From IMG/VR virus record IMGVR_UViG_3300032254_000001, positions 96,001 to 160,000 of that record: a stretch of 64,000 nt of DNA; one strand, 5' to 3'. Position numbers and translations under genes: made by a program. Source of the stretch: a virus. Taxonomy: Duplodnaviria > Caudoviricetes. This document shows, piece by piece, positions 19,346-28,771 of this stretch; position 1 is the stretch's first letter; every line of letters starts with the position of its first letter. The notes below the pieces were generated by a model that ran no database searches, was not told the DNA's origin, and saw nothing but the letters and a program-made list of their open reading frames with translations.

Positions 19346-20928
19346 TAGTCTGTCGCCTTAACTATTAAAACTGGTACTTCTGATACACCAGCTTGTATTG
19401 CTGCCATTGAGCGATGCAACCCTTCTTGTGATATGCGTGGTCCTTTTGAATAGTCTAAAGTAAGAATTGGAAACTTCTCTCCACTCTGCATTTTCTCTGC
19501 ATAACTAGCAGCTAATTCTGGATCACGTTGGCTGACAATTTCGTCTGGTGTTTTACCAAAGCCTTTTGCTGCACGTTTTATATATTCTTGCGGCGACATT
19601 TTAATTAATTCAGTCGCTATCCCTTTTGCACGTTCAAAGTATTCTGGGTTCTGCATCATATTATCGTAGTACGGCATGTCTGTTGTATCCGCATGAAATG
19701 CGTCTATGCTTTCATTCAAACCCTTGGGTACACCGTTTGTTTGTAACATAGGCGGTATACCATCGTCAGTTGTTTTAAAGCCTAACTTTTCAGCTTCGAT
19801 ACGTGTTTGTGCTTCGCCTACGTCAGGAGTAACATTACTGCCTTTACGTATTAAGCCAACACCTTCTGAAGCGAATTGCTTGCCTTTTAATCTTGTATTT
19901 GTAACTTTCTGTATTAGCTGCCATGCTTCTTTATTCTTATTAGCTGCTATTAAACGGGTAAGTAAATCAACTTGTTTCTTTGGTGCTATTTCATAGAACT
20001 TCATAACTTCCATTACACCAATGTTGCCATTGTACGATGCTTCAAACACAGATAAGTTACCTGCTGCTTCATGTATGTAATCGTAATCAAAATCATCAAA
20101 CAAGCTGCTACGTGCTGCAAACAAACGCTTAATCATACCTTCAGTTGCATGTGTTGACTTGCCTGTTTCGAACTCTGCTTTTAATTCTTGTGCCAATGCC
20201 TCTGGCTTTTCCTTAGTGTGTTCTAAGCTTAAGTCGCGATCGTCATGTGCGCGTTTCTTTGCCCAAAGCTTTGCAAAATATCCATCTGTACGTAACATCT
20301 TAAATGCTAAGTTCTCTGGTCCGAATTCACCGTGCTTGTCTAGGCCTGCTTGTCTGTACTTCTTAACTAGATCCAAAACATCGTTTAAGTATTTACGGTT
20401 GTCTGATGCTAATGCACGGATAGCCAGGTTCTTTAAATTTTCGTATTTTAATAGCGTTGCTGTATCGTTAAGGTTTGCACGTTGCTTCGTTGGAATTCTA
20501 TTCCAATCGTCCTTCATAACACTATAACTACCTAGCGAATGATGTGCTTGTACTGCATCTTGTACGTACAATTCAACATCGTAGCCTTTGATTTTAATGT
20601 CGTGCATATCGTTGTATTGATACTTCTTAGAATCAAATAACTCTCTGTATATGTCGCTGTCTGGAAGTTGTGTGAAGTCCACTATTAAGTGTAAGTCGAT
20701 GTCTGAATGTGGTGTGTAGCTGTACGCTGCATTGGAACCACTTACTTCGATATCAACAAGTGCAATGTCCTGTACACCAAGGAACTCGCGGAAGTGATCG
20801 GCAATCTCCATTAGCTTATTACGGACCATCGGACGCATCTTATTGCCCATAAAGACTTGTGGGTTTAAATCAGTATTAAAGTCAATAGCTTTTGCTAATT
20901 GAAAGTTGTCTAATTCTGCTAAGTTCAT
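19345..20928 (-). CDS. Pol-beta-type nucleotidyltransferase fused to a C-terminal ParB/Srx-like domain
   Basis: GSNAAYSYTPHSDIDLHL; C-terminal FPILTL..QEGLHRSMAAIQAGVSEVPV. Confidence 0.75.
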   Translation of the reverse strand: MNLAELDNFQLAKAIDFNTDLNPQVFMGNKMRPMVRNKLMEIADHFREFLGVQDIALVDIEVSGSNAAYSYTPHSDIDLHLIVDFTQLPDSDIYRELFDSKKYQYNDMHDIKIKGYDVELYVQDAVQAHHSLGSYSVMKDDWNRIPTKQRANLNDTATLLKYENLKNLAIRALASDNRKYLNDVLDLVKKYRQAGLDKHGEFGPENLAFKMLRTDGYFAKLWAKKRAHDDRDLSLEHTKEKPEALAQELKAEFETGKSTHATEGMIKRLFAARSSLFDDFDYDYIHEAAGNLSVFEASYNGNIGVMEVMKFYEIAPKKQVDLLTRLIAANKNKEAWQLIQKVTNTRLKGKQFASEGVGLIRKGSNVTPDVGEAQTRIEAEKLGFKTTDDGIPPMLQTNGVPKGLNESIDAFHADTTDMPYYDNMMQNPEYFERAKGIATELIKMSPQEYIKRAAKGFGKTPDEIVSQRDPELAASYAEKMQSGEKFPILTLDYSKGPRISQEGLHRSMAAIQAGVSEVPVLIVKATD

Positions 20929-20946
20929 GACAGTATTTATGATGAA

Positions 20947-21534
20947 CTACGGACGCACTGGCTGAACGAGCTTGTGCGACCATACATGGCCGCCAATATC
21001 TTGCCAACGTTGTGTAAATTCCCATTCCTCTTCGCAGTATGTTCCGTTACGTACACCAGTATCAAAGTAAGTCCTCAAAAATGGGTCTTCGCCTATTTGT
21101 ACAATCTTCTCGTGATCCTGTAAATGTATCAGTGCCTCACGACTTACTAGCATAAAGCCATTGTTTATTCTACCAACCTCTTCAATATCGCCTTCGCTCG
21201 CCATAATATCGCTATGGTATCCGCCGCTGCCGATTATATGTTTCTTAGATGATAGTAGTGCTAGTATATGGAATGGTTCAAACAATACGTCTCCGTCAAT
21301 TAATAACATGTGGGTAGTGCCTGGTGAATTCATAAAGCCAGACGTTAGGATGTTACGTGCTGTTGCACCTTCATCTATTGCTGATGCTGTACTTGCTATG
21401 CCCATTTGCATTGCAAGTTCGTTCCATTTTTTAAAGCTTTGGAATGTGCCAACAGATACGCCAGCACGACATGCTATACAAACATGTACGCTTTGATCTT
21501 TAAGGTAGTCTAGTGGTGCTAAGTTTATGTTCAT
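20947..21534 (-). CDS. GT-A-like glycosyltransferase
   Basis: HMLLIDGDVLF (DxD), GFMLVSR, EEWEFTQRWQDIGG. Confidence 0.6.
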   Translation of the reverse strand: MNINLAPLDYLKDQSVHVCIACRAGVSVGTFQSFKKWNELAMQMGIASTASAIDEGATARNILTSGFMNSPGTTHMLLIDGDVLFEPFHILALLSSKKHIIGSGGYHSDIMASEGDIEEVGRINNGFMLVSREALIHLQDHEKIVQIGEDPFLRTYFDTGVRNGTYCEEEWEFTQRWQDIGGHVWSHKLVQPVRP

Positions 21535-21557
21535 GTTCGTGTTCGTATTTAATACGA

Positions 21558-22229
21558 TTATGAACGTAGATTAAAATTATTCAGGAATTCTGCAAATTCG
21601 CGGACTAGGTCTTCTGTTTGTACCATACCCATTGATTTATCAAACTGCTTACGGACTTTGCTTCCTACCTCTTCGCCATAAAGGTCGGTAAGGATTCTGT
21701 TACGTGTCTTACTGTCTGCTACTGCATACATATCACGTATCTCAGTTGCGCCAGTAATCTTTTTGCCAGCTACAGGGAAAGTAACTGTTGGAGTTGCATA
21801 TGCATACATATGCCCTGATGATACAGGTTGTGCATCTTTACGCAACCATTGTATAGCTGCTCGCTCACCATTCTTTTTAAGTGCATACCCTTCTTCGTCA
21901 GTGTTAGTACTAACTAAACGATCGCCGTCCTTTTGACTTAGTGCAAGAATAAGAACAGTGTCTGCGGGATTGAATGGAATAGCATCTTTAATGAACTTAT
22001 CAACGTATACATTCTTAACTTGAACAAACTTTCCAGTAGGTACGCCCATTGCTACTGCAATACGCTTCTTCTCTTCCCACGTAAATGGATCCTTTGGCCC
22101 TGGTGCTTTATCAGCAGATGCCATGTACACACTATTACCACCAAACTTGTTAACTAACCAATCAAACGATGCCTTGTGGCCTTTATGTGGTGGCTGAAAT
22201 CTCCCTCCAAAAACTACAATTTCTTTCAT
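21558..22229 (-). CDS. HxGH nucleotidyltransferase (cytidylyltransferase/NMNAT-like)
   Basis: GGRFQPPHKGH, DPFTWEEK, ITGATEIR. Confidence 0.8.
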   Translation of the reverse strand: MKEIVVFGGRFQPPHKGHKASFDWLVNKFGGNSVYMASADKAPGPKDPFTWEEKKRIAVAMGVPTGKFVQVKNVYVDKFIKDAIPFNPADTVLILALSQKDGDRLVSTNTDEEGYALKKNGERAAIQWLRKDAQPVSSGHMYAYATPTVTFPVAGKKITGATEIRDMYAVADSKTRNRILTDLYGEEVGSKVRKQFDKSMGMVQTEDLVREFAEFLNNFNLRS

Positions 22230-22606
22230 TTCTTAATTCTTCCTTTGACCCACCCGGCTGGCACATCATCTTTTTTAAAATACTTATACTGTCCTGTAAC
22301 AGGGTTATGGTAACCAACTGTTCCTGTAAACATCTTAGATTCTTTTCTTTTCTGAGCCTTAATAACTGGATCATCTTGCTTTTGTATATTTATCAGTCTA
22401 AGTTTTTCTTTTGTCTCTTCGGTTATTATCTGTTTAGCTCTTGTTTCTTTCATTAACGTTCTTGTTTCTTTAGAGTGTTTGTACCCTGTCATTCCTGATG
22501 TTTTGCCTCGTTTAATTATTGCTGCTTTGTGCCTCTTTCTTACTTCTGGGTTATGCATAGGATTATTTTTGGTAGCCATCGATTTTACGTATTTTAGCAC
22601 GATCAA
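22226..22606 (-). mobile_element. NUMOD3-repeat protein without a nuclease domain (homing endonuclease remnant)
   Basis: GYKHSKETR..MKE, TEETKEKLR, GWVKGR; no GIY-YIG or HNH motif. Confidence 0.6.
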
Positions 22607-22681
22607 CTATTGAATTATAAACTTTAGTATATTTGTTATTATTAAACATACTGATATTTAGTTGGAATCGGCCGCCGTAAA

Positions 22682-23005
22682 TTACTTTTTGGGAAAGTTT
22701 AAAATATTTGAATTTTGTTTAGCTTCTGATAATACTTGCTGGAGTTCTACAGCATTTTGGAATTCAGAGACTTGGCTCCAAAATATACTGACTATAGCAT
22801 TGTACCTTGCTATTGGGTCTTTGAATTTGTTAAGTTGTTGTTCTAACTGCCATTGAAATTGCAAACAACGTTCTAATCTATCTGGACAATCAGCGCATAA
22901 GTCTGTGATGTGTTTCTCGATGGTTTCCTTACGATAGGTTTCGTAAGCTTCTGGATCTGCTTTGTACAGTTCCATTAATTCGTCAAACGATTTCTCGTCG
23001 CACAT
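22682..23005 (-). CDS. DUF3135-like protein
   Basis: SFDELMELYKADPEAYE..R; QFQWQLEQ..KDPIAR. Confidence 0.7.
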   Translation of the reverse strand: MCDEKSFDELMELYKADPEAYETYRKETIEKHITDLCADCPDRLERCLQFQWQLEQQLNKFKDPIARYNAIVSIFWSQVSEFQNAVELQQVLSEAKQNSNILNFPKK

Positions 23006-23145
23006 TTAGTCACCTTTATTTGTACTTGTCATAGTACGGATTAGCATTTTGTCTTTTCATGGCGTTTACTGACCATGTATAGATTGTCTTTGCTAAGCCA
23101 GCAATATCTGCTCGCGTAAATTCTTTGCCTTTTCATTTACTGTCC

Positions 23146-23511
23146 TTAGTATCCGATTGATACTTTGTTTATAGTTCCAGCTGTAAAGCTCGATACTGTG
23201 ACACGTAGCCATGTATAATTGCCTTCCAGGTTAACAAAGTCATTTTCAGTTAACGGGTTAATACCGTCACCTACAGTTTGGATTGGAAAATAGTTGCTGG
23301 TGTCGCTTGATTCGTCAAGCGTAGCTTCTATAGTTAGTACTCCAACAAATCCAGTTAAGTACCAAGATGTAGTTTGTACACTCTTGTCCTTGCTGTAGTA
23401 TGCTGCTGCCTTCTGTGGGATTCCACTAAAGGTTGCGGCACTGCCATCATAATTCTCAATAGCAGTGCCGAACGTAGTAGACGGTAATAAATTATACGAT
23501 GATGTTTTCAT
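23146..23511 (-). CDS. Beta-sandwich putative virion protein
   Basis: Start MKTSS lies just after TAAATA (23517-23522); FxGxxxIEATL..GNYTWLRV. Confidence 0.55.
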   Translation of the reverse strand: MKTSSYNLLPSTTFGTAIENYDGSAATFSGIPQKAAAYYSKDKSVQTTSWYLTGFVGVLTIEATLDESSDTSNYFPIQTVGDGINPLTENDFVNLEGNYTWLRVTVSSFTAGTINKVSIGY

Positions 23512-23522
23512 ACCTGTATTTA

Positions 23523-25850
23523 TCAATCTTTAGGCTTGAACTGATCAAGTACAATGTAACCGTCATCGCCTACTTTACCTGGCTCTGCAGGAACGATTGG
23601 ACTTGGCAGTGATGGCATCGGATGTGACTTGCCTTCCTGGTCAAGGAACACCACTTCATCGTTTACATAATCAGCTGTGATTGTGCAATTGCTTAACGCT
23701 TCAAACAAGATACGCTTACTAAGTGGTTTCTTAAATACTTCAGAAATCTCACGTTTAATAGGTCTTGCGCCAAGTGTTGCATCGTAGCCTGTATCCGCAA
23801 TATGGTTAATTGCTGCTTCGGTTACTTCGAGTGTAATGTTCTTAGACTTTAAGCTATCCTTAAGTTCGTTAACAAACTTAACAACAATCTTCTTAACGTT
23901 AATGTCTTCAAGCTTGTTGAACTTAGCAATACCATCAAGTCTGTTACGGAACTCAGGCTTGAAGAAGTCTTTAACTGCTTTGTCTTCTTCGCCGGTACGT
24001 TCTAATGGAGTACCAAAGCCGATGTTGTTGTTTTCGTTAGCTGATGCACCTAAGTTAGATGTTAATATAACAATGCAGTTTCGTAAGCTAACTGACTTAC
24101 CTGAACGACTAGTAATCTTACCTTCGTCAAGTACCTGTAGTAATACATTCATTACATCAGGGTGAGCCTTTTCAACTTCGTCTAACAATAGTACAGAGAA
24201 TGGGTGTTTGCTAACATCCGATATTAGCTTACCGCCACCGCCTGACTCTTCAAAGCCAACATAGCCTGGTGGTGCACCAATTAATGATGCTACTGTGTGC
24301 TTCTCCATGTACTCAGACATGTCATAACGTAACAGTTCCATATCTAAGTTTTCACTAATTAACTTAGCAAGTTCAGTTTTACCTGTACCTGTTGGGCCTA
24401 AGAATAAGAAGCTAGCAACCGGCTTGTTTTCTTCTGCAAGTCCACTGAAGTTAACATAGATTTTATCAAGTACTTCGTCAACTGCTGTTTCCTGGCCGTA
24501 CAGTTTGTCATCAATGTTATGTCTAAGTGACATAAGAGTCTTGCTCTTTTCATTGCTTAAACGTTCTGGCGGAACACCTGTTACTTTGCTTAACTGTAAG
24601 ATAACTTTTTCTTCAGTTACAATTGCATTCTCGTTATCGCTTGCACGTTCTTTAGCGCATGCCGCATCAAGTATGTCAATTGATTTGTCTGGATTGTGTC
24701 TGTCGTGGATGTAACGTATGCTTAGATCAACTGCTGTTTTAATAGCTTCTTTGTTGATTAGCACTTTGTGGAATTCTGATAAACGATCTGCAACCCCTGT
24801 TAAAATCTTAACAGTAGTTTCCTGATCCGGCTCATCAACTGTTAGTTTGTAGAACCTGCGCATTAACGCTTTATCTTTTTCAAAGGACTCGTAGTACTCG
24901 TCCCAAGTTGTGTTTGCAACAACCTTAATCTTACCACGTGTAATTACTGGCTTAAGCATGTTTGCAAAGTCTAACGAAGTTCCACTGCCGGCGCCTGCGC
25001 CTTTCATAGTGTGTGCTTCATCAATAAACAGGATGCCTTTACCTGAGGATTCAAGTGCCGATATAACTTTCTTGAACTTCTCTTCAAAGTCACCGCGGTA
25101 CTTACTACCAGCTAACATGTCGCTGATGTTTAGTTCCCATACTGTGTGGTCTTCTAAGAATTTAGGTACTAGGTTATTAATGATGTTTTGTGCAAGGCCT
25201 TCAACAATTGCTGTCTTACCAACACCGGGCTCACCTATCATTAATACGTTAGACTTGAACTTTTTAGCAAGTATTTCAATTGCATCTTTGATTTCTTCGT
25301 CACGTCCAATAAGTGGTTCTAAGTCACCAGCAAGTGCCTTAGCTGTAACGTTGGTGCAATGTTCTTCAAGTAGTTCTGCAGACTGTGCGTCTGTTAAGCC
25401 ACCTTTGTTATCGCTGTAATGATCATTCCAGTATTCAGCAAATGCTTCTTTATCATCAATGCCGTACTTTAAAATGAAGTAATGTGCATGACTATTTGTT
25501 TCACTTGAAATGCTTAGGAATAAATCGATGGTAGTAACAAAGCGTCTACCGCTGAATAAAACTTGTGTAACTGCGCGGTTGAACACACGCTCTAAGCTGT
25601 TTGTACGTCTTGGTACATCGCTCGATGCAGTTTTTGTGGTTGGTCCTGGTAACAATCCGTCAATATAATCTTCAATATCTTTGATCATATCATCTGCATT
25701 GACACCATAACCCTTGAGACATAAATAGAATGGTTCATAACTTACTAAGGCGACAAGCAAGTGTTCAAGGAGTACGTATTCGTGTCCTTTCTTTTTCGCT
25801 AGTGCAATCGCATAGTCGGTTATTTGTTCAATCTCTGGATTAATTTGCAT
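23523..25850 (-). CDS. clpA: ClpA-like Hsp100 AAA+ chaperone
   Basis: ClpN domain, GEPGVGKT, FIDEAH, GPTGTGKT, DMSEY, GAPPGYVG, LLDEVEKAH, GARP. Confidence 0.92.
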   Translation of the reverse strand: MQINPEIEQITDYAIALAKKKGHEYVLLEHLLVALVSYEPFYLCLKGYGVNADDMIKDIEDYIDGLLPGPTTKTASSDVPRRTNSLERVFNRAVTQVLFSGRRFVTTIDLFLSISSETNSHAHYFILKYGIDDKEAFAEYWNDHYSDNKGGLTDAQSAELLEEHCTNVTAKALAGDLEPLIGRDEEIKDAIEILAKKFKSNVLMIGEPGVGKTAIVEGLAQNIINNLVPKFLEDHTVWELNISDMLAGSKYRGDFEEKFKKVISALESSGKGILFIDEAHTMKGAGAGSGTSLDFANMLKPVITRGKIKVVANTTWDEYYESFEKDKALMRRFYKLTVDEPDQETTVKILTGVADRLSEFHKVLINKEAIKTAVDLSIRYIHDRHNPDKSIDILDAACAKERASDNENAIVTEEKVILQLSKVTGVPPERLSNEKSKTLMSLRHNIDDKLYGQETAVDEVLDKIYVNFSGLAEENKPVASFLFLGPTGTGKTELAKLISENLDMELLRYDMSEYMEKHTVASLIGAPPGYVGFEESGGGGKLISDVSKHPFSVLLLDEVEKAHPDVMNVLLQVLDEGKITSRSGKSVSLRNCIVILTSNLGASANENNNIGFGTPLERTGEEDKAVKDFFKPEFRNRLDGIAKFNKLEDINVKKIVVKFVNELKDSLKSKNITLEVTEAAINHIADTGYDATLGARPIKREISEVFKKPLSKRILFEALSNCTITADYVNDEVVFLDQEGKSHPMPSLPSPIVPAEPGKVGDDGYIVLDQFKPKD

Positions 25851-25856
25851 ATTATT

Positions 25857-26240
25857 CTATCCCTTCTTTTGTCGTTGGGCACGGTCAATGCCATTATGTA
25901 GCCGATCAATAGCTTTTTTAATCTCGCCATCCTCGTCTATTAGTGTAATTTCTTTAGTGCTACCTAAGTAATTGGTATAACTTAAGTGTATTGTACTGGG
26001 TTCTGGGTCCGTTTGCAAGTCTTTTGGCTCAGTTATGGTTGGATTGAAGTAAAAATGTGGCTTTGCTTTGGTAACCAGTATCTTTGAGTCTAGTCCAACA
26101 TCTGGGCCAGTTACTAGTGTTCTGGTTGTTAGATTTAGGGCAATTAACATTTCGATACCTTGTTTTTGGTTAGTAGCTGGTACTTCGAATGTTACATCGC
26201 TTGCGGGTTTCTTTAGTGGATTATCTTTTATACGTAGCAT
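25857..26240 (-). CDS. Peptide deformylase-like protein lacking catalytic motifs
   Basis: Collinear with PDF (DNPLKKPASDV, FNPTI, YTNYLG, IDRLHNG) but no GxGxAAxQ, EGCLS or HExxH. Confidence 0.6.
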   Translation of the reverse strand: MLRIKDNPLKKPASDVTFEVPATNQKQGIEMLIALNLTTRTLVTGPDVGLDSKILVTKAKPHFYFNPTITEPKDLQTDPEPSTIHLSYTNYLGSTKEITLIDEDGEIKKAIDRLHNGIDRAQRQKKG

Positions 26241-26248
26241 TAAAATAT

Positions 26249-27004
26249 TTAGCCTTTATTGCTGCGAATCAAAGATAAAAGTGCCTCCGGAATGTCTTTA
26301 GGAATTTTGCCAATAAGGTTGACTAGCATGTCACCTCTTGAATTAGGGTCAATTCTTGATTGTATACCTTTGCCCTTAACGCGCATAAAGGTACCTGGTT
26401 GTGTTCTTGCTGGGACTCTAATTCGAATTATGCTACCGTCAATGGTTGCAACATCCAATTCTGTACCTGTAATTAAATCCCAGATACTAATGTCCTGCTT
26501 CCTTATTAAATTTCGTTCGTCTACGTCCCAATTTGGGTCAGGTTGTAGTTTGAAAGTAATAACAACATCGACACCTTTAGCTAGCTTTTTGTACTTAACT
26601 GATTCACCGTGTTTAACACCATATGGTATTGCTACCCGAACTGTTTCAGTAGTACCATGCACAGGAATCTGTAACACCTGGTTTCCACCAAGCATTGCAT
26701 CCTTAAAGGATATCGTTGCTGTTAGGCTTACTTGCATTTGATGGCGATATCTAGACTCACGTAGAAAGTCTTCTATATCATTTTTTGACTTAAAATTGAA
26801 ATCAAAGTCCGGTGCCTTCCACCTTTCGGGTTCAGGTTCACCGTCTTTAATCTTTTCGTACGCTGCTTGTATTTCTTTGAATTTATCATCCTTTCCATCA
26901 TTACGGTCTGGATGAAATTTCATTGCAAGTTTCTTATACGCTTTCTTGATGTCGTCTTCGGAGGCACCCCTCTTTACGCCAAGAGTAGTATATGGATCAC
27001 TCAC
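26249..27004 (-). CDS. DnaJ/CbpA-type J-domain co-chaperone
   Basis: [13 protein letters not shown], DnaJ C-domain, no zinc finger; GTG start. Confidence 0.9.
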   Translation of the reverse strand: MSDPYTTLGVKRGASEDDIKKAYKKLAMKFHPDRNDGKDDKFKEIQAAYEKIKDGEPEPERWKAPDFDFNFKSKNDIEDFLRESRYRHQMQVSLTATISFKDAMLGGNQVLQIPVHGTTETVRVAIPYGVKHGESVKYKKLAKGVDVVITFKLQPDPNWDVDERNLIRKQDISIWDLITGTELDVATIDGSIIRIRVPARTQPGTFMRVKGKGIQSRIDPNSRGDMLVNLIGKIPKDIPEALLSLIRSNKG

Positions 27005-27623
27005 GACAGGCTCCCCTAGCTTCCTTATCGAAGTCACCTTCGTCGATTTGGCTTATGTACGCTTTATTAGAATTGATACTAAAGATCTTTTCGTAGTGCT
27101 CTGATACTAAGTTAATGGGAATTCCCATTAACTTACCAATTGCCTCAACGTAATCGAGTTGGTATATCATTGCAGTTTCAAAGCTTAAAAATGTATGCGG
27201 TAACGATGTTAAGTACTCTAGCGCATTGTGAAAATGTTCTGAGGTAGGTTCACCTCGTAACCTGGTTTGCTGCAATTCAAGAATGTTTTTATCTCTGCTA
27301 ATAATGCCAATTTGCACATTAAAACCTTTTGACAAAAACTTATCAACAACGGCTTTGTAATCAGGAATTAGTACTGTTCCTTTATTGAGATATGGACACG
27401 AAATACTAATGACATGATGGTCATAGCCCCATTCCATGGTATCAATTAAATCTGGATTGCCCCAAATTTCGTTATATGGTTCTTTACTATGTCCCATATA
27501 GGCATCACCATTGATTCCATCCCATCCTTTAACGTCCGGGTGTAAATCAAATATTTTAGAAAACAGGTGATTGCCACTTCCTTGCGGCCCTGATAAGATT
27601 GTTATAGTTTTAGATTTTAACAT
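26997..27623 (-). CDS. Sulfotransferase-like P-loop protein
   Basis: [17 protein letters not shown]; LSFE. Confidence 0.5.
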   Translation of the reverse strand: MLKSKTITILSGPQGSGNHLFSKIFDLHPDVKGWDGINGDAYMGHSKEPYNEIWGNPDLIDTMEWGYDHHVISISCPYLNKGTVLIPDYKAVVDKFLSKGFNVQIGIISRDKNILELQQTRLRGEPTSEHFHNALEYLTSLPHTFLSFETAMIYQLDYVEAIGKLMGIPINLVSEHYEKIFSINSNKAYISQIDEGDFDKEARGACRE

Positions 27624-27695
27624 TTAACTCTCTAGCAATAACCTCTTCGATTATCGATTTGAATTCATAGGTCTATAGCACAACCCATCTTTCTA

Positions 27696-28763
27696 TTACT
27701 TCACCATTTCTGGCTTATAAATTGAACGTAACCCAAGTGCTTCTTTGTTAAACTTAACAAGAGCTTTAAGTGCTGGTTCAGTAACCATACCTTTTAATAT
27801 AGATACAGTTTTGTTACCATCTGCGCCTGTTACCCATTTGTACTTGCCAATTTTCTTTTCAAGAATTGCAACTGATTCTGGGTTCTGTGTCATTTGCTTA
27901 CATGCTAAACGTAAACGATCTGTGTTGGGATTGCCTTTGTTTACCCATAGTGCTTTCTGTATACTATCGCGCCATGTGTGAACCATTGTATATGCATCAT
28001 ATAACTCACCGCTTGGATATACACCGTGTTTCGCTTTAAATACATCTTCAAAACGCTTACCTAAGTAGTTGACATCGTCTACAGACTTACCAGTTTCGAG
28101 GTCAAGTACACCGTGATGCATCCAAGTAATAACCTTGCCTTCGTCAACTAACGGCTGTATCTTTGAAATGTACTGTGGTGGGTTGGCACGAGTAGCAAGG
28201 GTTTCACCACGTGTGAATGCAAGATAACGTTCGCTGCCTTCAAGACCGTTTACCCAAGTAACCTTGTCTTTAAAGATTGCAATATATTCATCTACCGTTT
28301 TACCAGGTCCACCAATTATCAATGCTAATGCTAAACCTTCTGGAACTACGCCTGGACCACCTACGTGGCTAATGCCGTTATCTTCATTTACACCAACGTG
28401 CTTAGACATGATAATATTTAGGTTCTGATGACAAACTGAATCATAGGCTTCGTAATCGTACTTAACTTTTTCCTGGAGGTAGCTAATGCCGTTACCACCA
28501 TGTGATATTACTACGGTACCATCTTTAAAACGTTCTGATCTATGGAACCTATTAAGGGCTGCCATTTCACGTGCGCCTGGGTTATAAGAGATGCGAATCT
28601 TCTCTCCATTCATTGCTGGAGTTTTTTCAAATTCTTTAGCAACGATTTCAGCCCATACACTTGTGCCTTGACCTGGTTTCTGTGGAACCATAAATGTAAT
28701 ATTAGCGAATGCCGAAGTTGTTACTGCTAATGATGCAGCAAGTAATAAAGTTTTTAGTTTCAT
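27696..28763 (-). CDS. Tripartite tricarboxylate transporter solute-binding protein (TctC-like)
   Basis: Signal peptide, VPQKPGQGT..WA, NPGA; adjacent to tctA. Confidence 0.75.
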   Translation of the reverse strand: MKLKTLLLAASLAVTTSAFANITFMVPQKPGQGTSVWAEIVAKEFEKTPAMNGEKIRISYNPGAREMAALNRFHRSERFKDGTVVISHGGNGISYLQEKVKYDYEAYDSVCHQNLNIIMSKHVGVNEDNGISHVGGPGVVPEGLALALIIGGPGKTVDEYIAIFKDKVTWVNGLEGSERYLAFTRGETLATRANPPQYISKIQPLVDEGKVITWMHHGVLDLETGKSVDDVNYLGKRFEDVFKAKHGVYPSGELYDAYTMVHTWRDSIQKALWVNKGNPNTDRLRLACKQMTQNPESVAILEKKIGKYKWVTGADGNKTVSILKGMVTEPALKALVKFNKEALGLRSIYKPEMVK

Positions 28764-28771
28764 TTTCTCTC

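Noticed and set aside
23035-23136. Possible 31-aa ORF (MKRQRIYASRY...) on the minus strand
   Set aside because: Too short and with no recognisable motif; cannot be supported without ribosome profiling.
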